NCBI GenBank assembly: GCA_963841435.1
Contig: CAWJCS010000002.1
Span: 832,001 to 896,000 of the forward strand
Length of the DNA: 64,000 nucleotides
Source of the DNA: an uncultured delta proteobacterium
Lineage (GTDB): Bacteria > Myxococcota_A > Polyangia > Polyangiales > Polyangiaceae
Direction of reading: 5' to 3'
The notes below the pieces were generated by a model that saw only the letters and a program-made list of their open reading frames with translations, ran no database searches and was not told the origin of the DNA. This document shows, in pieces, positions 31,093-46,705 of the stretch (positions are counted from its first letter, which is position 1; each line of letters opens with the position of its first letter). A program made the position numbers and the translations under genes.

Positions 31093-31798
31093 TCAGCGCC
31101 GTGCGCCGCGGCGCTTGGTGCGCGCTTTCGTCTTCGTAGCGCGTTTCTTGGGCGGCCGTCTTTTTCGGAGGGCGCGCCGTCGTCGCTTTGGGTGCCAGGC
31201 GCTGCTTCGCACGCGGTTTTCGCACGGGCTGCTTCCCCGCTTTCGTCTTCGTAGCGCGTTTCTTGGGCGGCCCCTTTTTCGGACGGCGCGCCGTCGTCGC
31301 CTTGGGTGCCAGGCGCTGCTTCGCGGGCGGTTTTCGCGCGGACCGCTGCTGTGATTGGGGCTCGGAGCGCTTCTGCACTTTGGCTTTTCGGCGCGGCGCG
31401 AAGCGAAGCTCGGGGCGCCGTGATGGGGGAGCGGGAGGCTCGGGCTTGATGTTCGGCTTACCTTTGGGCTTGAGGCTCGCGAGGTAGCGCATGCCGCGGA
31501 CGATCCATTGCTTGAGCTCGTGATCCTCGAACGTGCCGGGCTGCACGGCGACGTACTCCTTCATTTCGCGACCCATGGGCTTGAAGGGCTCGGCGCCCGC
31601 AGCGATGCAGGCCGCGCGATCGGCGGCGTCGAGGTGCAACATGAGCACGTTCTGGAAGACGCCCACGAGCATGTGGCCATTGAGGAAGCGACAGGGCATG
31701 CCGAACATGCGGCGCGTTTCCAGCGGTGCCCCGGGTGCCAGGCGCTCGAAGTAAGCGAGGGTGGCCCGAGAGGGCTTGACCCATTTCATGCTCGCCAT
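31093..31798 (-). CDS. TfoX N-terminal domain protein with K/R/P-rich repeated tail
   Basis: [27 protein letters not shown]; tail has a ~114-bp duplication; 1-bp indel near 31158, corrected stop at 31093. Confidence 0.7.
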
Positions 31799-31882
31799 GA
31801 CCCCGGACCCTTGCTCCGCGCCGCTCCGGGCGCAAGCCAGAGCTCGGCCAGGAACGCAGGGGCCGGCACCGGGAACGGCGCT

Positions 31883-32665
31883 ATGCTCTGGCACGTGGAA
31901 ACGACCATCGTCCCCTGCCTCAGGGACAACTACGCCTATCTGGTCCGAGCGCCCGGCAGTCGCGAGGCGCTGATCGTCGACCCCGGCGAGGCGGCGCCGA
32001 TCCGCGAGTCGCTCGAGCGTCTCGGCCTCGCCCTCGGGGCGATCCTTTGCACGCACCACCACGCCGATCACGTGGGTGGTAACGCGGACCTCGTGGGGCG
32101 ATATCCTGGCATCCGCGTCGTCGCTTCGGCTCGCGATCACGGGAGAATCCCCGCGCAAACCGAGGTCGTGAACGACGGCGACACGCTCGACGTGCTCGGC
32201 CTCCGGTTCCGTTGCCTGATGGTTCCGGGCCACACGCTGGGGGCCGTCGCCTACGTCGGGCACGGCGCCGTGTTCACGGGAGACACGCTCTTCGCCGCTG
32301 GCTGCGGTCGCCTGTTCGAGGGGACACCGGAGATGATGACGCGGTCGCTCGACGACGTGCTCGGTGGGCTGCCGCCCGAGACGCTCGTCTACGCAGGGCA
32401 CGAGTACACGCAGAAGAACCTCGCCTTCGCGGCCCATGTCGAGCCTGGTAACCGGGCGGTCACGGACAAGGCGGGCAAAGTTGCGGCGCTCCGCGCGCGC
32501 TCCGAGCCCACGCTGCCCTCGACGCTCGCGGACGAGCGTGCGACGAACCCCTTCATGCGGCTCGACGCCGCCGAGATCGTCGAACGCTACCTTACGACGC
32601 TCGGCCCGTCGCCTTCCCGTGTCGCGGTCCTCGCGGCACTGCGCACGGAGAAGGATGCCTTCTGA
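31883..32665 (+). CDS. gloB: Hydroxyacylglutathione hydrolase (glyoxalase II)
   Basis: DNYAYL, THHHADHVGG, PGHT, GDTLF..GCGRLFEG, HEYT, TNPFMR. Confidence 0.92.
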   Translation: MLWHVETTIVPCLRDNYAYLVRAPGSREALIVDPGEAAPIRESLERLGLALGAILCTHHHADHVGGNADLVGRYPGIRVVASARDHGRIPAQTEVVNDGDTLDVLGLRFRCLMVPGHTLGAVAYVGHGAVFTGDTLFAAGCGRLFEGTPEMMTRSLDDVLGGLPPETLVYAGHEYTQKNLAFAAHVEPGNRAVTDKAGKVAALRARSEPTLPSTLADERATNPFMRLDAAEIVERYLTTLGPSPSRVAVLAALRTEKDAF

Positions 32666-33620
32666 CGTGGCGCTGCTGGCGCGCCGGTCGCTGCTTTTCG
32701 GGCTCGGGGCGCTCGGCGTCGCCGCGTGCCGACGTGAGGAGCTCGCGAGCGCGTCGTCGGCGCGGCCGCCACCCGCGCCGAGCGCGAAGCCGCCCGCGCG
32801 CCTCCCTGCGGAGGAGCGCACCTGGTCGTTCGACGACACGCCCGTCGGTCGCATGAGCGTCGTCGTCGTTGTCCCCGAGCGACGGGCTGGCGAGCGCTTT
32901 CCCGTGTTGATCGCCATGCACGGCCGTGGCGAAACCCTGAAGGGTCCGAAGCGCGGCGCGCGGGGCTGGGTGGACGACTACGAGCTCGGCAAGGCGATAG
33001 AGCGGCTGGGGCGTCCGCCGCTCACGGCCAAGGATTTCCACGGCTTCGTGCTTTCCGAGCGCCTGGCCACCATCAATCGCGCGCTTCGCGAGACGCCCTT
33101 CGGCGGCCTCGTCGTCGTCTGTCCGTACACTCCCGACGTGCTCGGTGGTGACGATCCCTTCACGCCCGCGCCGCCGCTGGCGCGATTTCTCGTCGATACC
33201 CTGATCCCCAGGGTGAAGCGCGAGACGCCCGCCATCGGCACGCCCCGCTCGATCGGCATCGACGGTGTCAGTCTCGGCGGGCGCGCCTCGCTCGCGGTCG
33301 GCATGCTGCGCCCGGAAGCGTTCGGCGCCGTGGGGAGCCTGCAAGCGGCGATCGATGCCGAGAACGCCGCCGAGCTCGCCGTCCGCGCGGGACGCGCCCG
33401 ACGCGCGAACCCGGCGCTCGCGCTGCGCCTCCTGACGAGCACACAAGACTACTACTTACCCGCGCTTCGAGCCGCCGACGCGGCGCTGCGCCGTGCAGGC
33501 GTTGGCCACGAGTTTTTCGTGGCGGAGGGGCCGCACGACTACGTCTTCAATCGCGGGCCCGGCGCTTTCGAGATGCTGCTCTATCACGATCGGGTCCTCC
33601 GCGGCCGACCGCCGATCTGA
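32655..33620 (+). CDS. Exported esterase / alpha-beta hydrolase
   Basis: RRSLL Tat-like lipoprotein signal, HGRGE, GVSLGG nucleophile, GPHDY. Confidence 0.75.
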   Translation: MPSDVALLARRSLLFGLGALGVAACRREELASASSARPPPAPSAKPPARLPAEERTWSFDDTPVGRMSVVVVVPERRAGERFPVLIAMHGRGETLKGPKRGARGWVDDYELGKAIERLGRPPLTAKDFHGFVLSERLATINRALRETPFGGLVVVCPYTPDVLGGDDPFTPAPPLARFLVDTLIPRVKRETPAIGTPRSIGIDGVSLGGRASLAVGMLRPEAFGAVGSLQAAIDAENAAELAVRAGRARRANPALALRLLTSTQDYYLPALRAADAALRRAGVGHEFFVAEGPHDYVFNRGPGAFEMLLYHDRVLRGRPPI

Positions 33621-33632
33621 CGCGGCGCCGCG

Positions 33633-33980
33633 TCAGCGCCACTCCGGCGCGAGCGCTTCGGAGAGCAGCCGAAGCGCTCGGCCGCTAGCGCCGAGGAAGC
33701 GAACACCCGCGATGCACTTGCCGCTGTCATCGACGGCTCTCGACCAAGCAACCTCTGCCGCGAGCTCGAGGGGGTTCCACAACCCGGGCAGATCGATCGC
33801 GACCGTGACGCTGGCGGGCTCGTCGAGCGGTCCGTCGAGCTCGAGGCACGCGCCGCCCAGGCCGAGGTTCAGCACGGCTGCCGGACGCGGACCCTCCGTG
33901 TCGCCACGCGAAATCCGCGCTTCGAGGCGCTGCTCTTTGCGTCCGAAGGCTCGAAAATGGCGCTGGTCCGACTGAGACAT
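33633..33980 (-). CDS. PilZ domain protein
   Basis: R...R motif, NLGLGGAC, AEVAW, GVRF. Confidence 0.7.
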   Translation of the reverse strand: MSQSDQRHFRAFGRKEQRLEARISRGDTEGPRPAAVLNLGLGGACLELDGPLDEPASVTVAIDLPGLWNPLELAAEVAWSRAVDDSGKCIAGVRFLGASGRALRLLSEALAPEWR

Positions 33981-34104
33981 TTCGATGATTTCGATGCTAG
34001 CGGAACCCAATGCCTCGAAACCACTGGAAAATCCGCGCCGGACCCAAGTACCGCCGTGCGCTTTCCCCGCGTGAGTCGGGTCCGGTAGGATGAGCATCCC
34101 GACC

Positions 34105-35585
34105 ATGGCCCAAGAAACCCGAAAAGATCCGCGCGCGAAGGTGCTCACCGTCACCGTGCGCTACAAGAGTGCGACGCTCGACGAGTTCATCGAGCATCAC
34201 TCCCACGACGTGAGCCGTGGCGGGATGTTCATCAAGACGAACTCACCCTTTCCGAGCGGCACACTCCTCAAGATCGAAGTGAGGATTGCGGGGGATCAGC
34301 GTGTGATGCAGGGTGTGGGCCGCGTCGTCTGGAAGCGCGAGTCGGCGGAAGCGCAGGATGGGGCGCCCGCAGGAATGGGTGTCAAGTTCATCAAGATCGA
34401 CGACGCATCGAGAGCGGTCATCGACCAGCTCGTCGAGAAGAGCGGCGGGGCCGTCAGTGCGTTCGACAAGGGAGTGGGTGACGGGGGACAGCCTGCTACG
34501 CCCGCGGCCGCGGCCGCCGAGCCCGCTCCACCCGCTGCCGCGCCGGCGCCGCGCCCCTCGATGCGCAAAGCGACCATGATCGGCCTCGGGGCGCTCGGCG
34601 CGGACGCGACGTCCGGCGAGGATGCCAAGGGCGCTGCCGAGGCCAAGCAGGAACCCTTCTTTCCCGATTCCGGCGATGCCGAGCAGCCGGCCCCCGAAGA
34701 TCGCACGGTCATGAAGCAAGCGGCCGAGCTTCTGCAGGATGCCCTGCGCGAGGCCGGTGGCTCGCTCGACGAGATCGGTACGCCCACTGCTGCGGCCGCG
34801 GGGACGCCGGGTGCATCGTCGCACCCGCCCGAGCCCGTGCGCGAAGCGCCGCGCCCCACGAAGAGCGAGGCGCCCGCCGCCGAAGCGAAGGCCGGCGCCA
34901 AGTCGGCGAGCGGGAAATCCGAGACGACCGCGAGCTCCAAGTCCGCCGAGAAGGCGGCCTCGAGCTCCCGACCCCCGGGTGGTGGCGCGCGCCCCGATTC
35001 GTCACGCCCTTCGGCGCGACCCAGCACGGGCACCGCACGTCAATCACCTCTTGCTGCCGAGGCGATCCCCGGTGAGGGCAGCAACAGCAAGCTCGTGCTC
35101 ATCGTGCTCGGGCTCGCCGTGGTCGGCGGCGGCATCTTCATGGTCACGCGCACGCCGGAGCAGCCCGCGCCGGCGGCCACCGAAGCCCCCGTCGAGCCCG
35201 AGCCGGTTCCGGAGATGTCGGCCGCGCCGGCCGCCACCGAGCCTGCCGCCGTGGAAGCGCCGTCCGAGGAGCCGAGCGCCAGCGCCGCTGCGTCCGCCGA
35301 GCCAGCCCCGGAGGCGATGTCGGCGCTGCCGCCGGAGCCCGCGGCACCTGCCACGACTCCGCCACCCGTGAGCAAGCCGAAGCCCGTCGCAGCGCCGAAG
35401 CCCGTCGCGGCGCCGAAGCCCCCCGCGGCGCCGAAGCCCCCCGCGGCGCCGAAGGAACCGGCCATGAGCGCCGCCCCTGCGGAGCCGAAGGCCCCCGCCG
35501 CACCCAAGCCGACCGCGACGGCCGCACCCAAGCCGACGGCGACGGCCGCACCCAAGCCAGCGCCGACCGTTAGCGACAACCCATT

Positions 35586-35589
<4 letters not shown>
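34105..35589 (+). CDS. TIGR02266 (myxobacterial PilZ-like) domain membrane protein with Pro/Ala-rich region
   Basis: RKDPR, DVSRGGMFIKT, GRVVW, GMGVKF; TM; PKP repeats. Confidence 0.8.
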
Positions 35590-37504
<1,915 letters not shown>

Positions 37505-37529
37505 CTTCGCCGAACGGCCGTCGTGTCCG

Positions 37530-38324
37530 TCAGCGGCGCGAGACCGAGCGCGCGCTCTGGGCGTCGGCGAGGGCTCGCTCGACGAGTGCTTGCATGGCCT
37601 CGTACGGTAGCGCGCCCACGACGAACCAATCGTTGACGAAAAACGCAGGGGTTCCTTCGACGCCGCTCGCGAGCCCCGTGTCGATCTCCCGATCGAGGCG
37701 CGCCTCGTGGACGCCCGCCGCCATCGCCTGCGCGTAGCGCGCGGGGTCAACGCCCTCGCGTCGAGCGAGCGTGTCGATGAGTGCGTCGTCTAGGCCCTGC
37801 GCCTGGGCGTCGAAGAGTCCGTCGTGCATGCGCCAGAACGCGCTGCTGCCACGTTCGACGTAGACCTCGTGCGCCGCCGCCGCAGCGCGTCGGGCGTGCG
37901 GGTGCATGGGCAGCGGAAAATCGCGCCAAACGATGCGAACGGCGCCGCCGAATTGCGCCTCGATCGCGCGCAGCACCGGCACGGTGCGCGCGCAGAACGG
38001 GCATTCGAAGTCGCTGAAGACCTGGATTGTCACGCGGGCACCCGCGGGTCCGCGCGCGGGCGCGTCGGCGTGCGACGCCGGCACGCGCTCGGGGGCCACG
38101 CGGGCGGCGAACTCCGTGGGGTCGAGCGGCACGGCAGCGCCTTCGGGCGCTTCGCGGCCGCGCTCGTCCGGAGCTCCTTCGAGCAAGAACGGCGCGTCGG
38201 GATCCACGACGGACGACGCGCTCGGGTGGCGCGCCGGGGGAGTCTCGCTCCCCCGGCAACCGCCGACGAGGAGCGCGTGGGCCGCCGCGAGGGCGACGGC
38301 TCCACGCGCCACGGCTCGTCTCAT
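37530..38324 (-). CDS. DsbA/thioredoxin-like lipoprotein
   Basis: SDFECPFC, FPLPMH, GTP. Confidence 0.85.
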   Translation of the reverse strand: MRRAVARGAVALAAAHALLVGGCRGSETPPARHPSASSVVDPDAPFLLEGAPDERGREAPEGAAVPLDPTEFAARVAPERVPASHADAPARGPAGARVTIQVFSDFECPFCARTVPVLRAIEAQFGGAVRIVWRDFPLPMHPHARRAAAAAHEVYVERGSSAFWRMHDGLFDAQAQGLDDALIDTLARREGVDPARYAQAMAAGVHEARLDREIDTGLASGVEGTPAFFVNDWFVVGALPYEAMQALVERALADAQSARSVSRR

Positions 38325-40268
38325 CCGCCGGCTTCCTTGAGAGCCTTGTTGATGAGCTTCTTGAAAGCAGCCGCGGGTTGCGCGCCGCTCAAGAAGTAGC
38401 CGTTGATGACGAAGCCCGGCGTACCACCGATGCCCGCCTTGTTGCCGACCGCGCTGTCCGAGTCGAGCTTGGCTTTGTGCTTGTGGGAGTCGAGCGCCGC
38501 CTTGAACTTGTCCATGTCGAGACCGATCGATTGCGCGATCTTCTCGAGCTGCGGTCGCTCGATGCCCTCGCCGCCTTGCGAATCGAAGAGCTTGTCGTGC
38601 ATGAGCCAGAAGCCCACGTTGCCCTTCTGGGCGAAGGCTTCCTGGGCGGCTTCACTGGCGAGCGGCGCGTCCTTGTGGAACGGCAGCGGCATGTGACGCC
38701 AAACCCAGCGCACCTTGGTGCCGTACTCCTTCTCGAGCTCCGCGAGCGTAGGCTCCACGCGCTTGCAGAAGGGGCACTGGAAGTCCGAGAAGATCTGGAT
38801 CGTGACCTTCGCGCTCGCCGGGCCCTTCACGGGGCTGTTGGCGTCGGGCGGTGGCACTTCCTTCTTCTCGGGCGGCGGCGGCTCCTTACCTTCCTTGACG
38901 ATCTCCTCGTAGATTTTCGCGCGCGGCACGCCGCGAGCGAGCACGGCCTTGGCCTTGGCGAGCTGATCGTCGATGGTCGCCTTGAACTTCTCGAACGGCT
39001 GCGCGCCGCTCAGGCGCACACCGTTGATGAAGAAGTGGGGCGTGCCGCGGGCCTGGAAGTCGGCCGCCTGATCGACACTGGCGTCGATCTTGTCGGCGAA
39101 TTTGTTGCTGTCGATGGCTGCCTTCACGTTCTCCCAGCCGAGGCCGAGCTTGTCGGCGATCGCCTGGAGGTCCGTGTCCTCGAGCTTGGGCTGGCTTTCG
39201 AACAGCGCTTCGTGCGCATCCCAGAAGCCCTTGTCGCCCTTGGTCTTGTAGGCCTGGCGCGCGAGGATCGCCGCGGGCTTCGCACGCGGGTGGAACGGCA
39301 GCGGATTGTCCTTCCAGACGATGCGCACGTCGTTCGGGTAGGCCTTCATCACCTGCTTCATCGTGTCTTCTACGCGCTTGCAGAAGGGGCACTGGAAATC
39401 CGAATACTCGATGATGGTGACGAGCGCGTCACGGGCTCCCGTTACCGGATCGTCGGCGGCAACCGGCACCTTCCACACGCTCGTGTCCTCCTCCTCTTCG
39501 GCCTTCTGAGGCTTCGGCGTGTCGGGCTGTGCGGTCTGGTTCTTGTTGGTGAGCTGAGGGTACACGTCGAGGGGTTTCACGCCGCTCGCGACGAGCTTCT
39601 GCGCTTCGGCGAGCTGCGCGTCGATGACCTCCTTGAACTTGTCGAACGGCTGCGCGCCGCTCACGGTCACGCCGTTGATGCGGAACGCCGGGGTCCCGTT
39701 GGCGCCAATCTTCTTGGACAACGCGAGGTCTTCGTCGACCTTCGCGGTGTACTTCTTGGAAGCGAGGGCTTCCTTGAATTTGGCGGAGATCGACGCCCGA
39801 GGCGACCGCCCACTTCTCGAAGTTGGCAGCGTTCAGGTCCTTCTGGTTCGAGAAGGCGAGGTCGTGGAACTTCCAGAACGCGTCGCTGCCGCCCAGCCCG
39901 AAGACGGTGGCGGCGGCGTCGTGCGTGGGACGCGCGTCTTTGTGGAAGGGCAGGGGGTTGTGCTTCCACACGATGCGCACCTTGTCGGGCCCGTAGGTCT
40001 CGCGGACCTGCTTCATGGTGGGCTCGACGCGGCTGCAGAACGGACACTCGAAGTCGCTGATCTCGACGATCGTGACCGGCGCGTCGTTCTTGCCCCAGAT
40101 GGGGTCGTTGGTGGTGACGGGGACGCTCGCGGCGCTGTGATCGAAGGCGGCGGAGCCGCTGCCCTCGGCGCTGATCTCGACGCCCGTCCGGCGATCGACG
40201 CCCCACATGAGGAACATGCCGGCGATGAAGCTCAGCAAGAACCCGACGATGGCGGTTCCTTTATTCAT
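38321..40268 (-). CDS. Triple DsbA/thioredoxin-domain protein (frameshift ~39790)
   Basis: Three DF(E/Q)CPFC...PLPFH...GTP domains, N-terminal TM. Confidence 0.85.
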
Positions 40269-40501
40269 GACGTTTCTCCAAAGTTCGATTTGGGTTTCTG
40301 GTGGATGAAGCTCTGAGCCTCGGTGCGGTCGGGAGCCGGCGCTCGCGAACGGGCCGAGGCAGGGGGCGCCGGCCCGAAGGGCCAGCGCGGCGGCGAATGG
40401 GCTAAAAACGAGCCGACGCCACGTGTCAGCGACGGCTCGAGCACCCGGGGGATCGCGCGCATGCGCCGGCACGCCTCACGATCGGCTTCCCCGGGCGTGT
40501 T

Positions 40502-40900
40502 TCAGCCGCGCGGCGGCCGGTAGGGCGTGTCGCGGACCGCGATCGGAGGCGGCCCGTCGTTGTCGGTGGGCTCGAGAGTAGACCCCGGGGGGTCGGCAAG
40601 CCCGCTGAAGGTCACGGGCACCGCGCGAAGTGGAGCGCTCGTGACGGTCGTCGTCGGTGAGCTGCGGTGACCGGGGAGCGAAGTGGTCGCGAGAGGGGAG
40701 CCCTTCGGACACGCATCCGCCGCATCGAGGACCAGCCCTCGATCAGGAGTACCAATCGGCGGGGCGATGATGGAGCGTCCATCGTCACTGCACATGGGCA
40801 CCGCCGCGCGCGCTGCGCTGCTGGCGAGCAAGCAACCGAAGAGCGCCAAGAGCGCAGGCAAAAGCCGGTGCAGCCCCTGTGGGGTCCGAGGGAGCGACGG
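40502..40900 (-). CDS. Hypothetical secreted protein
   Basis: Signal-like [20 protein letters not shown]-terminal RPPR; start uncertain. Confidence 0.4.
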   Translation of the reverse strand, partial: PSLPRTPQGLHRLLPALLALFGCLLASSAARAAVPMCSDDGRSIIAPPIGTPDRGLVLDAADACPKGSPLATTSLPGHRSSPTTTVTSAPLRAVPVTFSGLADPPGSTLEPTDNDGPPPIAVRDTPYRPPRG

Positions 40901-41079
40901 GAGCGGAGAGCGTGACGCCAAAGCCTTTAGGACCGGGATTCTACCTTCGGGGCTCCGTTTCACAACCGAGCCCGGGAGATGGAACCCTTCTCGCCCTCCT
41001 CCCATTCCGCCCGGGGAGCACCTTCGCCCGGCCAGCAGCTTTCTTTGCCTACATTGTACGACATTGGCACCATGGCCCC

Positions 41080-43800
<2,721 letters not shown>

Positions 43801-43905
43801 TCCTTCGCTCGCCTCGCGCCCTTGGCCGGACGATTTTCACCGGCCGGCCGGTGCGTCGTGCACACGTCACGGGACGGTAGTAGTAGGGAGGCCCGCTCCT
43901 TGCCC

Positions 43906-45339
43906 ATGGATCCGTCGCTCAGCGTGCCCAGCGCGAACGTCGTCACGAGCGGCTCCCCGGAGCGGATCGTACTCAAGCTCGCGGCGCCCACCGTGCTCGC
44001 GATGCTCGCGCAGAGCGCCGTCAACGAGATCGACATCATTTTCCTCTCGTGGCTGCCGCAGCCCGAGTCGTCGAACGCGCAGGCGGCGCTCCTGCCGTCC
44101 CTGATCTTGCTCTGGATGTTCGGCGGCTCGCTGTCCGCCATTTCCGTAGGAACCCAGACCATCGCGGCCAGGCGCTTTGCGCAGGGGCGGCCGCTGGACG
44201 CCGGCGCCGTGCTCGCGAACTCCCTGGCCTTCGCGCTCGTGGCGAGCATCGTCTTCACGACCATCGCGTACCTCTGTTTGCCGACGGCGCTGGAGCTCCT
44301 CATCAAAGTGCCCGAGGTCCGCGTCGCCGCGAAGAGCTACCTGACGTTTCGCCTGCTCGGGGTGGCGTCGATGGTGATGACCTTCTCGCTCAAGGCGTTC
44401 TTCGACGGCATCGGCAAGACCTTCGTTCACATGGTCGCGTCGATCGTCATGAACCTGACGAACGTCGTGCTTTGCCTGGCGCTGATTTTCGGACGCTGGG
44501 GGGCGCCCCGCATGGGTATCGCGGGCGCTGGGCTCGCCGGCTGTCTCTCGAGCTGGCTCGGGCTCGTGATCATGCTCGTCTGGATCGTCCTGCCGTATTA
44601 TCAACGGCACCACCGGCCGTTCGACTGGAGTCGTCTCTCGCGTCCGCTGGTCTCGGACATCCTCAAGCTCAGCATCCCGAGCGCCGTGGCGACCCTCGCC
44701 GTGATGAGCGGCTTCGCGCTGTTCTCGATGATCGTGAGCGTGCTCGATCACTCCACGGAGATCGCCACGACGCCCCTCGGCCCGGGTGCCTCGGAAGCCG
44801 TGAACAGTGCCGCGACCACGGTGATCGTCGGTGTCCTCAAGCTGACCTTCACGGCGTGCCTCGCCTTCGGCACGTCGACGGCGACTCTCGTGAGCCAGTC
44901 GCTCGGCGAAGGAAAGCCCGACAAGGCCGAGCGGTTCGGCTGGGTCTCGGTGCGCCTCGGTTTGCTCATCTTCGGCATCGTGGGATTGGCCGAGGGCGGG
45001 GTTTTCACTCACGCGATCCTGCGTTTGGTCACGCGGAGCGACGCCGTGCTCGAGGCTGCCCTCGTGCCGCTTCGCATGATGGGGTTCGCGACGCCGCTCA
45101 TTGCCACCGGCATGATCCTCACCCAGGCACTCTTCGGCGCCGGCAATACGCGCTTCGTCATGGTCGTGGAGCTCGTGCTCCACTTCCTCGTGCTCGTGCC
45201 GTTCGCCTGGCTGCTCGGCCTCGTCTTTCACATCGGCCTGGTCGGCATCTGGAGCTCGGCGCTGCTCTACGTGGTCCTCTTGACCACGGCCATGACGCTC
45301 AAGTTCAGATCCGGCGACTGGAAGGGGATCCGAATCTGA
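43906..45339 (+). CDS. MATE family efflux transporter
   Basis: About 12 TM, KLAAP, G.PRMGIAGAG, LVSQSLG. Confidence 0.88.
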   Translation: MDPSLSVPSANVVTSGSPERIVLKLAAPTVLAMLAQSAVNEIDIIFLSWLPQPESSNAQAALLPSLILLWMFGGSLSAISVGTQTIAARRFAQGRPLDAGAVLANSLAFALVASIVFTTIAYLCLPTALELLIKVPEVRVAAKSYLTFRLLGVASMVMTFSLKAFFDGIGKTFVHMVASIVMNLTNVVLCLALIFGRWGAPRMGIAGAGLAGCLSSWLGLVIMLVWIVLPYYQRHHRPFDWSRLSRPLVSDILKLSIPSAVATLAVMSGFALFSMIVSVLDHSTEIATTPLGPGASEAVNSAATTVIVGVLKLTFTACLAFGTSTATLVSQSLGEGKPDKAERFGWVSVRLGLLIFGIVGLAEGGVFTHAILRLVTRSDAVLEAALVPLRMMGFATPLIATGMILTQALFGAGNTRFVMVVELVLHFLVLVPFAWLLGLVFHIGLVGIWSSALLYVVLLTTAMTLKFRSGDWKGIRI

Positions 45340-45348
45340 GCCAGGCGT

Positions 45349-46614
45349 TCAGCGCTCGGCGACAGCGAGCATCGAGCAGGCGGTACGGACCCGCACGTCC
45401 GCGTCCGAGTCGGCGAGCAGCGTCGCCGCTCGTGAAAAACTGCCGAGCGCGATGAGCCCGGCGCCGGCCGCCTGCCGCCGCTGCCGGTCGGGTGAGCCCA
45501 GCGACCGTGCGAGCAACGGCTCCACGCTCGTCTCGCCCGCGCGCGCGAGCTCCGCGCGCGCGGCATCAGCCGACGGGCCCTGCCTTTTCGCGAGCGTTCC
45601 GAGCTCTGCGAGGGCCCGGGGCCGCTTTTCGCGCTCGTCGAGCAAACGCCCGAGCGCCGCGACCCGGACGCCGGGGTCCGGATCGAGCGCGGCAGTCGCG
45701 AGCACGGGCAGGCTGCGCGGCTCGAGTGGAACGAGCGCGAGTGCGAGCATCTGCTCGTCGCTCAATCCCTCGGCTATGGCGCGCAAAAGGAGCGTCGTCA
45801 TGGCTCCCGATAGCGCGCGAGCGGTGCGCATCAGCGTGCCCGCGGCCGCGACCGCCGGCACGCCCTCGGGTGCCTCGGCGGCACGCAGAAGCGCTTCGCG
45901 CCCACCCGCGCCGAACGAGCGCGGTTTCGACCACGCTTCGACAATCGTGAGCCGCACGTCCTCGTCGGCGCGCTCCCACAGATCGGTGAGCGCACGCACG
46001 GCCTCGCTGCCACCGAGCTTGCCGACCGCGCGTACCGCCAGGCTGCGGGCGAACGGGTCGGGATCGACGCGCGCGGCCTCCAACAGCGGCTCGAGGTCGA
46101 GCGGCGCCGGCACTTGAAGCGCGGCCTCGAGGGCCGCGCGGCGGACGCGCTCGTCGGGGTCGGCGAAGAACGCGCGCCGCTGCGAGAAAGATTCGGGCGC
46201 GACCGAGGCTCGCGCCGCGACCGCTCGCCACGCACCGCTCTCGGCGTCGAGGTACCGCCGCGCGTACGGCTCCGGCTTGCGGGCCCCCGCTGCGAGCAGG
46301 ATGAGCGCCGCTTCAGCGCCGCCCTCGTCCTCTCGCTCGGCGCGTGCCTCGAGCGGGCCGATGAGTGGGCGGCTACACGCGCGTAGCAGGCGGATGCGCT
46401 GCGCCGCCTCATGCCCCCGCTCGGAGTGGATCTCGCGTTCGGCAACGGCTTCGGCGATCGCCAACGCGCGGCTGCGATCGAGATCGCCGCGCCCCTGCTC
46501 CTCGACGATGGCCCGCTTGAGGCCGGTGAGATCGGAGCTCAGCGCCGCCCGCACGGCGCCCTGCGTAGCGCAGCCGACGCTCACGATCGAGAACAGGAGC
46601 CACGCCGGACGCAT
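45349..46614 (-). CDS. HEAT-repeat lipoprotein
   Basis: Lipobox VGC; DPDERVR, DPDPFAR, DPDPGVR, DSDADVR repeats. Confidence 0.75.
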   Translation of the reverse strand: MRPAWLLFSIVSVGCATQGAVRAALSSDLTGLKRAIVEEQGRGDLDRSRALAIAEAVAEREIHSERGHEAAQRIRLLRACSRPLIGPLEARAEREDEGGAEAALILLAAGARKPEPYARRYLDAESGAWRAVAARASVAPESFSQRRAFFADPDERVRRAALEAALQVPAPLDLEPLLEAARVDPDPFARSLAVRAVGKLGGSEAVRALTDLWERADEDVRLTIVEAWSKPRSFGAGGREALLRAAEAPEGVPAVAAAGTLMRTARALSGAMTTLLLRAIAEGLSDEQMLALALVPLEPRSLPVLATAALDPDPGVRVAALGRLLDEREKRPRALAELGTLAKRQGPSADAARAELARAGETSVEPLLARSLGSPDRQRRQAAGAGLIALGSFSRAATLLADSDADVRVRTACSMLAVAER

Positions 46615-46705
46615 CTTCCCGCCCACGATGGTGGGCCGGCCGAGCCCGGTCAAGGGACGAGCGGCCCCGGAGCTCGCGAGGCCAGCCGTGGCAGCGCTCC
46701 GCCGC

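Noticed and set aside
30929-32917. 662-aa minus-strand ORF
   Set aside because: Shadow of gloB fused to the TfoX gene, extended into the tRNA by an indel
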